Origin: Candidatus Helarchaeota ASGARD archaeon Hel_GB_B
Lineage (GTDB): Archaea > Asgardarchaeota > Lokiarchaeia > Helarchaeales > HEL-GB-B
NCBI GenBank assembly: GCA_005191425.1
Contig: SUPR01000050.1
Location: forward strand, 1-24,335
Direction of reading: 5' to 3'
DNA length: 24,335 bases
Positions 8,720 to 18,011 of the stretch are shown piece after piece (position 1 is the stretch's first letter; every line of letters begins with the position of its first letter). The notes below the pieces were generated by a model. That model was not told where the DNA came from and did not search any database. It saw only the letters and a list, made by a program, of their open reading frames with translations. Made by a program: the position numbers and the translations under genes.

Positions 8720-9979
8720 TCATCTTGGGAGATACAATTTAACAATAACTTCTTCATTTTTATCAATGCCCTCTAAATCTTCAGAAATTTCTATTATACC
8801 CGATGCTCGAACTACAGAGCTAATGATCCCGGATCCACTGCTCCGAATTGGTTCAGCAAAAAATTTCTTTTGTTCTTTATCAAAAGTTAATTTTACTCTG
8901 ACAAAATCTCTTCTACCAAGTCTTGAAGGTATTTGTCTTTTTAATACAGCTTTAACAAAAGGTCTTGGGTCTAATCTTTTTGCATTCATCATTTTTCTTA
9001 TAGTGTGACCAATAAAGGTTTCGAAGCCGATCATTGCAGCAACTGGATATCCAGATAGACAGAAAACAGGTTTATCCCTAACAATTGCAATAGCGGTGGG
9101 AGATCCAGGTCTCATAGATATACCATGAGCTAAAATTTCACTATCGTTTCTATTTTTAATTAAATAAGGAATTAAATCATATTCACCAACGGACGATCCA
9201 CCAGTAAATATTATTATATCATATTTTAATGCTTGCTCAAGAATATCAGCCAATAATTTTTCGTCATCTTTAATTATACCTAATCGAGTAGGATCAGCCC
9301 CATAAATTTGACATAATGAAGCAATCGAATAGCTATTGGTCTCAATAATTTGTCCAATTTTTGGTTTTTCACCAATTTCTACTAATTCCGACCCAGTTGG
9401 GACAATTGCAACCCGGGGTTTTTTATATACTTCAATTTCTAAGATATTGCAAGCAAGTAATAAAGTCAATTCTTGTGGACGGATGATAGTCCCTTTTGAA
9501 ATAATAATTTCATCTTTTTTTACATCTTCGCCCTTTTTTGCTACGTTCTTAAAGGGTGAAATCGGGAAATAGACTTCGATATAATCGTCATTTTTTTTGG
9601 TATCTTCAAATTTGATTACGCTGTCCGCGCCTTCAGGAACAGGGCCACCAGTTGGGATTTGAACTGCTTCATTCTCTTTAACTATTTTATTAGAAGTTTC
9701 ATTTATTTTTATTTTATCAATTATCTTAAAATGTTTGGGAGCTCTTAAACTTGCGCCAAAAGTATCTTTTGATCTAACCGCATATCCGTCCATTGCAGAC
9801 CTTGGAAAATGAGGTAGGTCTATAGGAGATATTACATCGGATGCGATTATACGGCCTAGTGCAGAAATAGTTTTGATTTTTTCTATTGGCATTATTTTGA
9901 TTTTCTTATCTAATAAAGCAAGCACTTCGTCTATAGGAGTAAATTGTTTAAAACCTTTCAATCGTATATCATCATGCAA
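8720..9979 (-). CDS. moeA: Molybdopterin molybdo/tungsto-transferase MoeA, paralog 1
   Basis: PHFPRSAMDGYAV, IPTGGPVPEGADSV, PTGSEL, TGGSSVG, MRPGSPT, LSGYPVAA, GRRDFVRV. Confidence 0.95.
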   Translation of the reverse strand: MHDDIRLKGFKQFTPIDEVLALLDKKIKIMPIEKIKTISALGRIIASDVISPIDLPHFPRSAMDGYAVRSKDTFGASLRAPKHFKIIDKIKINETSNKIVKENEAVQIPTGGPVPEGADSVIKFEDTKKNDDYIEVYFPISPFKNVAKKGEDVKKDEIIISKGTIIRPQELTLLLACNILEIEVYKKPRVAIVPTGSELVEIGEKPKIGQIIETNSYSIASLCQIYGADPTRLGIIKDDEKLLADILEQALKYDIIIFTGGSSVGEYDLIPYLIKNRNDSEILAHGISMRPGSPTAIAIVRDKPVFCLSGYPVAAMIGFETFIGHTIRKMMNAKRLDPRPFVKAVLKRQIPSRLGRRDFVRVKLTFDKEQKKFFAEPIRSSGSGIISSVVRASGIIEISEDLEGIDKNEEVIVKLYLPR

Positions 9980-9986
9980 AAATAAT

Positions 9987-10526
9987 TCACCTCAACATAG
10001 CAATAGAATGACTAGAAACAGGGATAATTATTTCAAGTAAGCCCAATTTAACAGCCTCAGGATTTCCGGGTAGATTAAATATTAGTGTATTTCGGTAGAT
10101 ACCAGCAGATGCACGAGATAATATTGTAATAGGGCCGATTTCTTTATAACTTAAACTTCTAAATAGTTCTCCAAAACCAGGAAGTTCTTTACTATATAAT
10201 TTTAGCATAGTTTCAATAGTTACATCTCTTTTACTTATCCCGGTTCCGCCTGATGTAATGATAATGTCAGGACTTAATTTTTCGATTATTAAGTCAACCT
10301 TATTCTTAATTTGTTCTGGATCATCCGGAATAATATCGTCTGAGATTACATTATGTCCTTTTTTTAATAAAATTTCCCGAATAAGGGGTATTGTAAGGTC
10401 CTCTACCTTCTTATTTTCTTTTAATTGCTTATATCTTGAATCGCTAATAATGATTATAGCGAAATTAAGATTTTTATACAAATGGTCATGTTTTTTATGT
10501 TCTAAAGTCATGGAATTACCCAACAC
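9987..10526 (-). CDS. moaB: MoaB/MogA molybdopterin adenylyltransferase
   Basis: IIIISDSR, ITSGGTGISKRDVT, LPGFGELFR, SRASAG, FNLPGNP. The likely start is the ATG at 10511. Confidence 0.94.
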   Translation of the reverse strand: MLGNSMTLEHKKHDHLYKNLNFAIIIISDSRYKQLKENKKVEDLTIPLIREILLKKGHNVISDDIIPDDPEQIKNKVDLIIEKLSPDIIITSGGTGISKRDVTIETMLKLYSKELPGFGELFRSLSYKEIGPITILSRASAGIYRNTLIFNLPGNPEAVKLGLLEIIIPVSSHSIAMLR

Positions 10527-10541
10527 AAACTTTTTATAAAA

Positions 10542-11009
10542 TTAAATGGACATCTTTTTCTTTTCTATAACCATAATATCTGTGATTTTAGTAGTCGGAT
10601 ACTGCCCTTGTTCATTTTTTTCAAGATATTTAGTAAAATCCCAGATGGTCAATAGACCAATCATTACTCCGGTCAGTGCTTCTAGTTCGACTCCGGTTTT
10701 AGCAATAGATTTTACAATAACTTTACAGGAAATTGATGAATCATCAGTATTAATATTAAAAGAAACATTGACCTTCATTATTGGTATTGGATGAGCCAAT
10801 ACAATTAAATCAGGTGTTTTTTTAACCGAATTAATTGCAGCTAATTCTGCAGCCGTTAATACATCGCCTTTTTTAATGTCCTTGTTGATAATTTTTGATA
10901 TAGTATCTGCTTTTAAGTAGATTTTTCCTTCGGCTACAGCTGTCCTTAAAACATCTGATTTACTGGAAATATCAATCATTTCTATATTTGATTTTGACAT
11001 TTTTTTCAC
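10542..11009 (-). CDS. moaC: Cyclic pyranopterin monophosphate synthase MoaC
   Basis: MIDISSK...RTAVAEG, KKGDVL, KKTPDLIVLAHP, KTGVELEAL, LLTIWDFTK. A Cys in CHP and Met residues in VEME and DMxK are replaced here. Confidence 0.94.
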   Translation of the reverse strand: MKKMSKSNIEMIDISSKSDVLRTAVAEGKIYLKADTISKIINKDIKKGDVLTAAELAAINSVKKTPDLIVLAHPIPIMKVNVSFNINTDDSSISCKVIVKSIAKTGVELEALTGVMIGLLTIWDFTKYLEKNEQGQYPTTKITDIMVIEKKKMSI

Positions 11010-11578
11010 ATTGAAATATTATTGTCCCAGAATAAGTTAAATTTTATTATATATAATGATAATTTACCCCAAAAAAAATCATTTAATTAAAAAATTTTTA
11101 GGTAATATTAGACATTCGTCAATAATTTGAGATATTTGAGATGTGCATTATATTTAAACTTGAATTACAGATATTAATTTATTCTTAATTTAAAGATTTT
11201 GGAAATCAGATAGAATTGCATTATATTTCTAAGTTTAAAATTTTCTATATCGTTAATTATAGATAATATAAAAATTTAAAAATAATATTTAACTCAATTT
11301 TATTCTATTCAATAAAACTAAAAGAAATATTTTTTCAATTTAATATATTTAAATAAACATTAGGTAAAATAGTATGATTTTTGATCGGATTTTTATATAT
11401 TTCTTTAATTTCTAATTATTTTTCAATATTAAATTTCAGTTCAACGAATGCTTTTGAAAAACCAATATATTAAATAGAAAAAATAATATTTTATCAATGA
11501 TTAATATTTGGTTATTTAAGTAAATTATTTACATTTTTAGCATTTAAGATTTAAAAAATGAATGAACTATTATAATTT

Positions 11579-13339
11579 ATGGAGATCTATATGACAAATT
11601 CGACTACTAGAGAAAGTTGGAAGGTGATTTTAAAAGCTAGTACATATAAAAAAATTTTGTTACATTGTACTAGGTTTGCAAATTATAATATACCCCAAAC
11701 GGAATGGAAAGAAGTTTATGGATTTTTAACCGGTAATTTTGAGGGAGAAAACGTGGTCTGTAATGATGCAGTCCCAATGACACATGGTGGGTCAATAGAT
11801 GTTGAGTTTAATGAACAGAACTATATTGAAGCTGCAATGTTAAATGAAAAACTTACTGAAAAAAATGAATTTATAGTTGGGTGGTATCATTCGCATCCAG
11901 GACTTAATATCTTTTTGAGTACAACAGATATCAGAAATCATATTGGATATCAAGGGATAAACCCAAAAGCTATTGCATTGGTATTTGACCATACAAAGCT
12001 TCGAGGTGGATTTCTTGGGTTTAAGATATTTATTCTTGATGACCCTATGACAGAAAATACGGGATATCATACAGTGGACTGGATTATCCCGGACCTCGAT
12101 GAAAAAGTTTTTGCAGAAAGTTTATTCGAATTATCACATAGGATTTCTGCGGGTAAACCAGTAATTGAAGAATATGGGGAGCTTCAACAAATAGAACGAC
12201 CAATTCAATTATCTGATGGACAAAAACAAAAATTGCCGGAAGATGAGCCGGTAGAACTTGTAGTAGTCGATAATTTAGAGGAAAATGTTAAAGCCCAAAA
12301 AAATTTAGAGAAATCTCTTGAAATGGAAAAAAAAGGCGATTTTATTGAAGCTATAAGGTATGGAATGCTAGCGGGGAGAGAATTTGAGAAAAATAATCTT
12401 ATTGGACGTTCTACAGATGCATATCTCCAAGTAGGGAGATATCTTTATGAATTATGGGAATTAATTCAATCCCGTAGATATCAGATATTTCTACATCAAC
12501 GGCCTATAACTGAGGAAGATATAAAGTATTTTGAGAAATTAGCTCGGGCATTGTATTTAGTTTCTAAAGAAAAGAAGTCAGAAGATATTGGATTAATTTT
12601 AGAAATTAAAGATAATAAAGGGGAAATGGTAAGAGTTCAAGATGAAAAAATTCAAATTGGAAATATTTTAATGGAGGCAGCTCAAATTTGCGAACTTAAA
12701 CTTGAGGAAGATTTAAATAACATTAGCCTCGAAAAACAGAGTGAACTTTGTTTAAGAGGGGCAGCTTTTCTCAGTACTGCAATTATTTTTGCTAGAAATG
12801 TAAGAAAACAGAAAGAATTGTCCAGCCAAATCTTTAATTTTGATAAATTATCTTATAAAATAAATGAATTTTTAATTAAAAACCAAGAAATATATGCTAA
12901 AATTTCTGAGGATAAAAATGATTATATAAATGCAGCTCAATTTTATAAAGGAGCGTCAATAATAGCTAAAAATACCGCTGAAAGTTTATCAGAAGAGGAA
13001 CTCATAAAGAATGCTATTGGTCTAGCTAATTATTATCTTGGAAGAATGTGTATAGCTCTTGGTGATCATGAAAAATATAATAATAAAAATTTCTGCGCTG
13101 CAGCGCCTTATTATGAAAAAGCCATGAGTTTTTTCGAAAAATCAAAAAATGCATATCCAGATTTTTCTATCAATGAAATAAATGCAGCTAATTTGTTTTT
13201 AGAAGAAGCAACTAGTCAATTTGAACTTGCTAAAAAGGAATGTTTGGACAAAAAACTTGAATTAAAAAAATTGCCTGAAAAATTAAAGGTTAAAACTAAA
13301 ATAATTCAAGATATACCTGAACCAATTTTTTATCCATAA
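11579..13339 (+). CDS. JAMM/MPN+ (Mov34, Rpn11/CSN5-like) metallo-isopeptidase domain fused to a TPR/SNAP-like alpha-helical region
   Basis: KEVYGFL (E45), IVGWYHSHPGLNIFLSTTD (H104, H106, S114, D117: complete JAMM motif), AIALVFD. The C-terminal ~350 aa are Ala/Tyr-rich helical repeats (AAQFYKGA, AAPYYEKA). Confidence 0.88.
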   Translation: MEIYMTNSTTRESWKVILKASTYKKILLHCTRFANYNIPQTEWKEVYGFLTGNFEGENVVCNDAVPMTHGGSIDVEFNEQNYIEAAMLNEKLTEKNEFIVGWYHSHPGLNIFLSTTDIRNHIGYQGINPKAIALVFDHTKLRGGFLGFKIFILDDPMTENTGYHTVDWIIPDLDEKVFAESLFELSHRISAGKPVIEEYGELQQIERPIQLSDGQKQKLPEDEPVELVVVDNLEENVKAQKNLEKSLEMEKKGDFIEAIRYGMLAGREFEKNNLIGRSTDAYLQVGRYLYELWELIQSRRYQIFLHQRPITEEDIKYFEKLARALYLVSKEKKSEDIGLILEIKDNKGEMVRVQDEKIQIGNILMEAAQICELKLEEDLNNISLEKQSELCLRGAAFLSTAIIFARNVRKQKELSSQIFNFDKLSYKINEFLIKNQEIYAKISEDKNDYINAAQFYKGASIIAKNTAESLSEEELIKNAIGLANYYLGRMCIALGDHEKYNNKNFCAAAPYYEKAMSFFEKSKNAYPDFSINEINAANLFLEEATSQFELAKKECLDKKLELKKLPEKLKVKTKIIQDIPEPIFYP

Positions 13340-13345
13340 TAAAGG

Positions 13346-13921
13346 GTGATTACTGATATGGAAAAAATAAGGACCTTTATCTGTATTGAAATTACTAATA
13401 AAAAAATTATTGATAAGATAGTAAATGTTCAGAAAGAATTTGAGTCTCTAAAAGGAAAGATTAAAAGTACTGAAAGAGAAAATATTCATATAACATTAAA
13501 ATTTTTAGGCAATATCTCAACCCAAGACAGTGAAAAAATAATTAATTTACTTAATAATGTAAAATTTAGACCATTTGATTTGAATTTAGCAGGAATAGGA
13601 TGCTTTCCAAATCCATACAGGCCCCGAATAATTTGGGTGGGAACGAAGGCAGGGGCTGAAAATGTAAAAAATATACATGACCAAATTGATTCTCAATTAA
13701 AGCCATTTCATTTTAAAAAAGAAAAATTCCAAACACATATTACAATTTCAAGGATTAGATTTTTAGACAGGTCGTCTTTGACTAATTTTAAAAAATTATT
13801 GGATGTTTTTCAAGATAAAGATTTTGGAACTATAAAAATTTCATCATTCCAATTTAAAAAAAGTATTTTAACGCCAAAAGGCCCGATTTATACCACTTTA
13901 AAAGATTTTAATATGACTTAA
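13346..13921 (+). CDS. thpR: RNA 2',3'-cyclic phosphodiesterase (2H family, '2'-5' RNA ligase')
   Basis: RTFICI, two HxT motifs (HITLKFLG, HITISR), PRIIWVG, SILTPKGPIY. The likely start is the ATG at 13358. Confidence 0.95.
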   Translation: MITDMEKIRTFICIEITNKKIIDKIVNVQKEFESLKGKIKSTERENIHITLKFLGNISTQDSEKIINLLNNVKFRPFDLNLAGIGCFPNPYRPRIIWVGTKAGAENVKNIHDQIDSQLKPFHFKKEKFQTHITISRIRFLDRSSLTNFKKLLDVFQDKDFGTIKISSFQFKKSILTPKGPIYTTLKDFNMT

Positions 13922-14247
13922 TTTTAGGTTTCCTAATTTCTTAAAATAAAAATTTCAAAAATTATTTTGATTATAAGATTAGTATTGTCTTAATTACAGG
14001 TAATCAATAGATAATAATAATGTCCGACGGATTAAAATATATTATAATTAGGTTTTTTATTAAATGGAGTGTTTAAATATAAATTTTTAACATTATTTAA
14101 TTGTTCCGCTGTTGAATATTATCAATTTTATGCAATAAATATTTTCAAAGGTGAAAAAAACGATCAATATAGTTAATTTAAAATAAATTTCTATAGAATA
14201 ATAAAATATTAAAAATAATTCATCCACACCACAAGTGGAGAATAAAA

Positions 14248-14712
14248 ATGACTGAATTTGGAAAAAAAGTTATGGCATTTGGGACTTTTGATATTCTGCA
14301 CTTAGGACATGTCAAATTATTGACAAATGCCAAAAAAGTTGGGGGAAAAAATGCCAAATTAATCGTTATTGTGGCTAGAGATCAAAATGTGATAAAGGAG
14401 AAAAACCGAAAACCGGTTTTCCCGGAGTCTCAAAGGTTAGAAATGATTAAGGCATTGAAGGTTGTAGACGAAGCTTATCTTGGAAATTTAGGAGAAGATA
14501 AACTTAAAATTATAGAAAAAATTCGGCCGGATATTATTGTTTTAGGTTATGACCAAAATATAAAAGAAAATGAGATATATCAAGAACTAAAAAAGAGGGG
14601 ATTAACACCAAAAATCAAGCGTTTAGAAAAATATGGAAACGAGTCATTTAATAGTTCCTCTAAAATAATAAAAAGAGTAATGGAGAAGTTCGCAGACGAG
14701 AATAATCATTAA
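14248..14712 (+). CDS. ribL: Archaeal FAD synthase (cytidylyltransferase family)
   Basis: FGTFDILHLGH (HxGH), VARD, QRLEM, RPDIIVLGYDQ, SSSKII. It is convergent with ribK. Confidence 0.87.
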   Translation: MTEFGKKVMAFGTFDILHLGHVKLLTNAKKVGGKNAKLIVIVARDQNVIKEKNRKPVFPESQRLEMIKALKVVDEAYLGNLGEDKLKIIEKIRPDIIVLGYDQNIKENEIYQELKKRGLTPKIKRLEKYGNESFNSSSKIIKRVMEKFADENNH

Positions 14713-14721
14713 ATTTACGAA

Positions 14722-15429
14722 TTATTTTTCATAGAGAATTTCCAACTCGACCTCATCACCATCTTTGAGGCCTAATTTTTCTCTTAAAAAAGTTGGAGCA
14801 ATGATTTCTAGAATAGGGGCGCCGTGGTGAGTTCTTTGGATAAAGAGAAGGGCGCCAATAATTTTTCCATTGATTAGAACTTTTAAAGCGTCAACTGGTC
14901 CAAAAGTCCTCTTTCCGTCTTTGAATCCATTAATTCTTATTTTTGGAAAATCTGACTGCTCCAATATCCTTCTTTTTCTTAATTCTATTAATGAATTTAA
15001 TTTAAGATTTAAGGTCCCGGGATAAGGCTTGAAGTTCAACTTTTCAATAAATTGGTTTGCATATCCGTCCAAAGAAATATAATATGCGCCTTCACCCAAT
15101 CCGGTATAGACTATCCCTTTAATTTTATCAGGAAAATCTATAGGCAATTTTGGGGTTTTAGTTTCGACTACCATCTTTAAAGTTTTATACATCTTTTTTA
15201 TTATCTTTTTCCCTTTATTCGTGATTTGGACAATTCGATATTTTCCATAGGGGTCTCTAACGATTAATTCCAATTTTTCCAATTCAATTAGTCTTTGGGA
15301 TGCTGTCTGCTGACTTATATTTAATAAACTACCTAGATCACGAGTTGAAACTTTAATCTTTTCATCATACGCCCCAAGTTTTGCTAATTCTATTAAAGCA
15401 ATTAGGTGGTCGCATTTAAAATTAGGCAT
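14722..15429 (-). CDS. ribK: CTP-dependent riboflavin kinase with N-terminal winged helix
   Basis: HTH ISQQTASQRLIELE, TGLGEGAYY, PYPGTLN, RTHH, EIIAP...LREKLGLKDGD. Confidence 0.94.
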   Translation of the reverse strand: MPNFKCDHLIALIELAKLGAYDEKIKVSTRDLGSLLNISQQTASQRLIELEKLELIVRDPYGKYRIVQITNKGKKIIKKMYKTLKMVVETKTPKLPIDFPDKIKGIVYTGLGEGAYYISLDGYANQFIEKLNFKPYPGTLNLKLNSLIELRKRRILEQSDFPKIRINGFKDGKRTFGPVDALKVLINGKIIGALLFIQRTHHGAPILEIIAPTFLREKLGLKDGDEVELEILYEK

Positions 15430-15591
15430 AATAGCAACACAATTGAAAGTTATTTAGAACATGTTCTATTTTAAATTTTTACCATTTTTAACTTTTATTA
15501 TGTATTATTCTTAAAACATAAGGATAATCATATTTCAATCATATTGATATTATTTAAGTTCATTAATCAATTTTACCGATAAAAAATTGTT

Positions 15592-15798
15592 ATGAAAAAA
15601 TTAGATTTAGAATTAATTGGAACCGAAATGCTCGGGGAATTAAAGGAAAAAATCAATACATTGGAAGAATCATTCAATGGAGGTGCATTTCAAGATTCAA
15701 TGGATAGTGTTTCTAATGTTTTAGCTCTATTAAGTAATATGAAACGAGTTATTATTGGTTTAGAGCTATATCATGAGATATATTCAATAGGTGAATAA
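15592..15798 (+). CDS. Small hypothetical helical protein (68 aa)
   Basis: The ORF fills the gap between ribK and sepS, has an ATG start and amphipathic composition, and stops 2 nt from the sepS stop. No family was recognised. Confidence 0.6.
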   Translation: MKKLDLELIGTEMLGELKEKINTLEESFNGGAFQDSMDSVSNVLALLSNMKRVIIGLELYHEIYSIGE

Positions 15799-15800
15799 CC

Positions 15801-17351
15801 TTAAACTATTCTGCATGTAATTCCAATAAAAATTGGACCTCTAATATCTATTTTTTTATTTTTAGAGTTTATGAAATATCTAATTGAATCATTGATATGT
15901 AAATTTATTTCAGATGGTCTTTTTACCATTTTGATCCTGAATTTAAGCTCTTTTTGGTCATTTAATTCTTCGATTTTCCTAGCTACGAGTGCTGCTATTG
16001 AGTCTATATAGCGTATACCGGTATAAATACCATGTTGAGGTTTTTCAGCACCGGGTTTTAGACCTAAAATTTTGCCTTCATTAATCCATATTTCATTAAA
16101 TGCAGCAGGTCCCAATAACTTTACTCCTTCTTCATTTTCCCATATCATAATTTCGACTTTTTTTCCAAATATTTTACCTTTCCAAGCCACTATTTCTAAT
16201 GGTGCCATATCATCTTTATGTCGTTCTAATGTCTGAATAATTGCATTCATAATTTCTTTACCTACTTTAGTCATGGGTTCATTTTCAAAACATATTCCCT
16301 CTGCAATTTCTTGGTCACTAAAAATTATATCTTTATAAAAATAGGGATAAACTAAATTTCTGATGTCGTCTTCTTTTTCTTGGATCATTAGAAACCGCTC
16401 GACTCCCATTCCAAAATTGAACACAGGAAATTGGATTGAGAATTTAGCGCATGAAACTGGAGAGTAAAATCCGCCATCACCAATTTCTAGCCAATTATTA
16501 GTAATGGGGTGTTTGATAAATACTTCAAATTCCATTTGAGGTGCATAATATTTGGATGTTGCTTTTTTAATTTCAAATTTAACGTCCTTATATCCAAATT
16601 TTTCGAGGATATTTTTTGTAATCCCCATACCATCTTCTAAAGTTATTTCATCATGCATAATAACGCAAGATATTGTATTGGAGGTATAAAGATGTGTTTT
16701 ATCTAAATTCTGCTCTCTCCGAAATTTAGGACCGATATGAAATAATTGTATGGGTAATTCTTTTTTACCCTGTAAGGCTGATAAGACAGGAAACCATAGT
16801 GCAGTGGTATGAGATCTTAATGTTAAATTTGTAGGGATGGGCTTTAATATTTTAAATTCTGTAAATACAGAATCAACTAATTTGGTAGCATTTTCCTCTT
16901 TGATTTTTAACCTTAAAACAAGGCTCTCAATTAAATCGTCAGCTTCAATTTTTCCGAGTTTAAATTCTCTCAGTATCTTTTTAAGCTCATTTAAATCGAT
17001 TGAACTATCAATTTGACGAATCATTTGCTCTTTTTCTGCTGAAATCCCAATGTCAGGACGAGGTAGACCCGCAAGATAAAATAATCTATCCAAGATAAGC
17101 GGAGCTTCAGGCCCATACTCTCTATAAACATGAGATGCCTCAATTATCATTGGTAATACTATTTCTTCGAAACCCATTTGAATCATAATAGCCCTTGCAT
17201 TTTCAATAAACTCATAAAGGGGATGAGGTCTTCCTTTATTTATTAGTTTAAATTTTTTACCATTTTTTTCAAGATACTTTGCACTTTCGATCCATGCTTT
17301 TTCATAATCGACGTTTGCAAGTTCTAGGATTTTTTTGATATCAAATTTCAT
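15801..17351 (-). CDS. sepS: O-phosphoseryl-tRNA(Cys) synthetase (SepRS)
   Basis: YEKAW...HPL, YGPEAPLILDRLFYLAGLPRPDIG, TLRSH, FRREQ, SKYYAP, FGMGVER, GPAAFNEI, KRPSEIN. Confidence 0.95.
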   Translation of the reverse strand: MKFDIKKILELANVDYEKAWIESAKYLEKNGKKFKLINKGRPHPLYEFIENARAIMIQMGFEEIVLPMIIEASHVYREYGPEAPLILDRLFYLAGLPRPDIGISAEKEQMIRQIDSSIDLNELKKILREFKLGKIEADDLIESLVLRLKIKEENATKLVDSVFTEFKILKPIPTNLTLRSHTTALWFPVLSALQGKKELPIQLFHIGPKFRREQNLDKTHLYTSNTISCVIMHDEITLEDGMGITKNILEKFGYKDVKFEIKKATSKYYAPQMEFEVFIKHPITNNWLEIGDGGFYSPVSCAKFSIQFPVFNFGMGVERFLMIQEKEDDIRNLVYPYFYKDIIFSDQEIAEGICFENEPMTKVGKEIMNAIIQTLERHKDDMAPLEIVAWKGKIFGKKVEIMIWENEEGVKLLGPAAFNEIWINEGKILGLKPGAEKPQHGIYTGIRYIDSIAALVARKIEELNDQKELKFRIKMVKRPSEINLHINDSIRYFINSKNKKIDIRGPIFIGITCRIV

Positions 17352-17357
17352 TTTATT

Positions 17358-17984
17358 TCACTCATTTTTATCTTCAGAATTTTTATATTCAATAGAAAAA
17401 ATATGACTACTATCTAAGTTGCTGATTTCCTCATCAGTTAAAGTTTCTTCCGTTAAGTTTTTTTCACTAATTATTTTGGAAACCCCGAGTGGGTCCTCAA
17501 TTATTAATTTAAGTGGTGTCAGACCGTTTAATACATTCATTAAAAAATCTAGTTTTTTGGTAATTTTTTTCATCTCTTTTGGAGAATCAGAACTTCTCTT
17601 CATCATAATAAGTACAGATTTAATTCTCAATAAGATGCCCTCAACATTTGTTATAAATCCTTCGGATGCTGGTCCTGGAGTAATATCTATATCTAATTCG
17701 GGTATTTTGATAGTACAACTGGCACCTTTTATAATTTTTGCATTTAGGTCATTTTGTGTTTTAATTTGTAAAATGTATCGTTTTGGAGTTTTTGCTTCTA
17801 GATTATAAATATCATTAAATTTATAATTACAATCATTACAGACTACGGTTAAAAGTAAAATTCTACCATAATAAGGTATATTTTTTATTTCCTTTAATAC
17901 ACTTACGTTATCTGATTTACAAACAGGACAGCTAATTTTAAAAATTATATTACCATTTTCGCCGAAATTTGACATTAAATTCAC
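17358..17984 (-). CDS. Archaeal ZPR1-related zinc-finger protein
   Basis: CPVC...IPYYG...CNDCNYK, DLNAKIIKG, IPELDIDITPGPASEGFITNVEGIL, LIIEDPLGVS. Confidence 0.93.
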   Translation of the reverse strand: MNLMSNFGENGNIIFKISCPVCKSDNVSVLKEIKNIPYYGRILLLTVVCNDCNYKFNDIYNLEAKTPKRYILQIKTQNDLNAKIIKGASCTIKIPELDIDITPGPASEGFITNVEGILLRIKSVLIMMKRSSDSPKEMKKITKKLDFLMNVLNGLTPLKLIIEDPLGVSKIISEKNLTEETLTDEEISNLDSSHIFSIEYKNSEDKNE

Positions 17985-18011
17985 TTATAGAGAATGATAG
18001 AACTCCCACTA

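Noticed and set aside
8505-10794. Plus-strand ORFs 8505-8693, 8766-9008, 9336-9572, 10258-10539, 10546-10794
   Set aside because: They are antisense shadows of well-supported moeA, moaB and moaC.
11010-11578. Moco/W-cofactor riboswitch or hidden gene in the long moaC-JAMM intergenic region; also a 12-nt direct repeat TGCATTATATTT (11144-55, 11217-28)
   Set aside because: The region is extremely AT-rich with no stable stems or credible ORF. The repeat is short and low-complexity, so chance cannot be excluded.
11840-12070. 76-aa antisense ORF
   Set aside because: It is a shadow of the JAMM domain.
5256-15801. Very tight convergent gene ends (moaD/mtaB 0 nt, truA/moeA 17-nt overlap, ribL/ribK 9 nt, small ORF/sepS 2 nt)
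   Set aside because: This is common in compact AT-rich archaeal genomes and is not evidence of a special mechanism.
17419-17808. 129-aa plus-strand ORF
   Set aside because: It is an antisense shadow of ZPR1.
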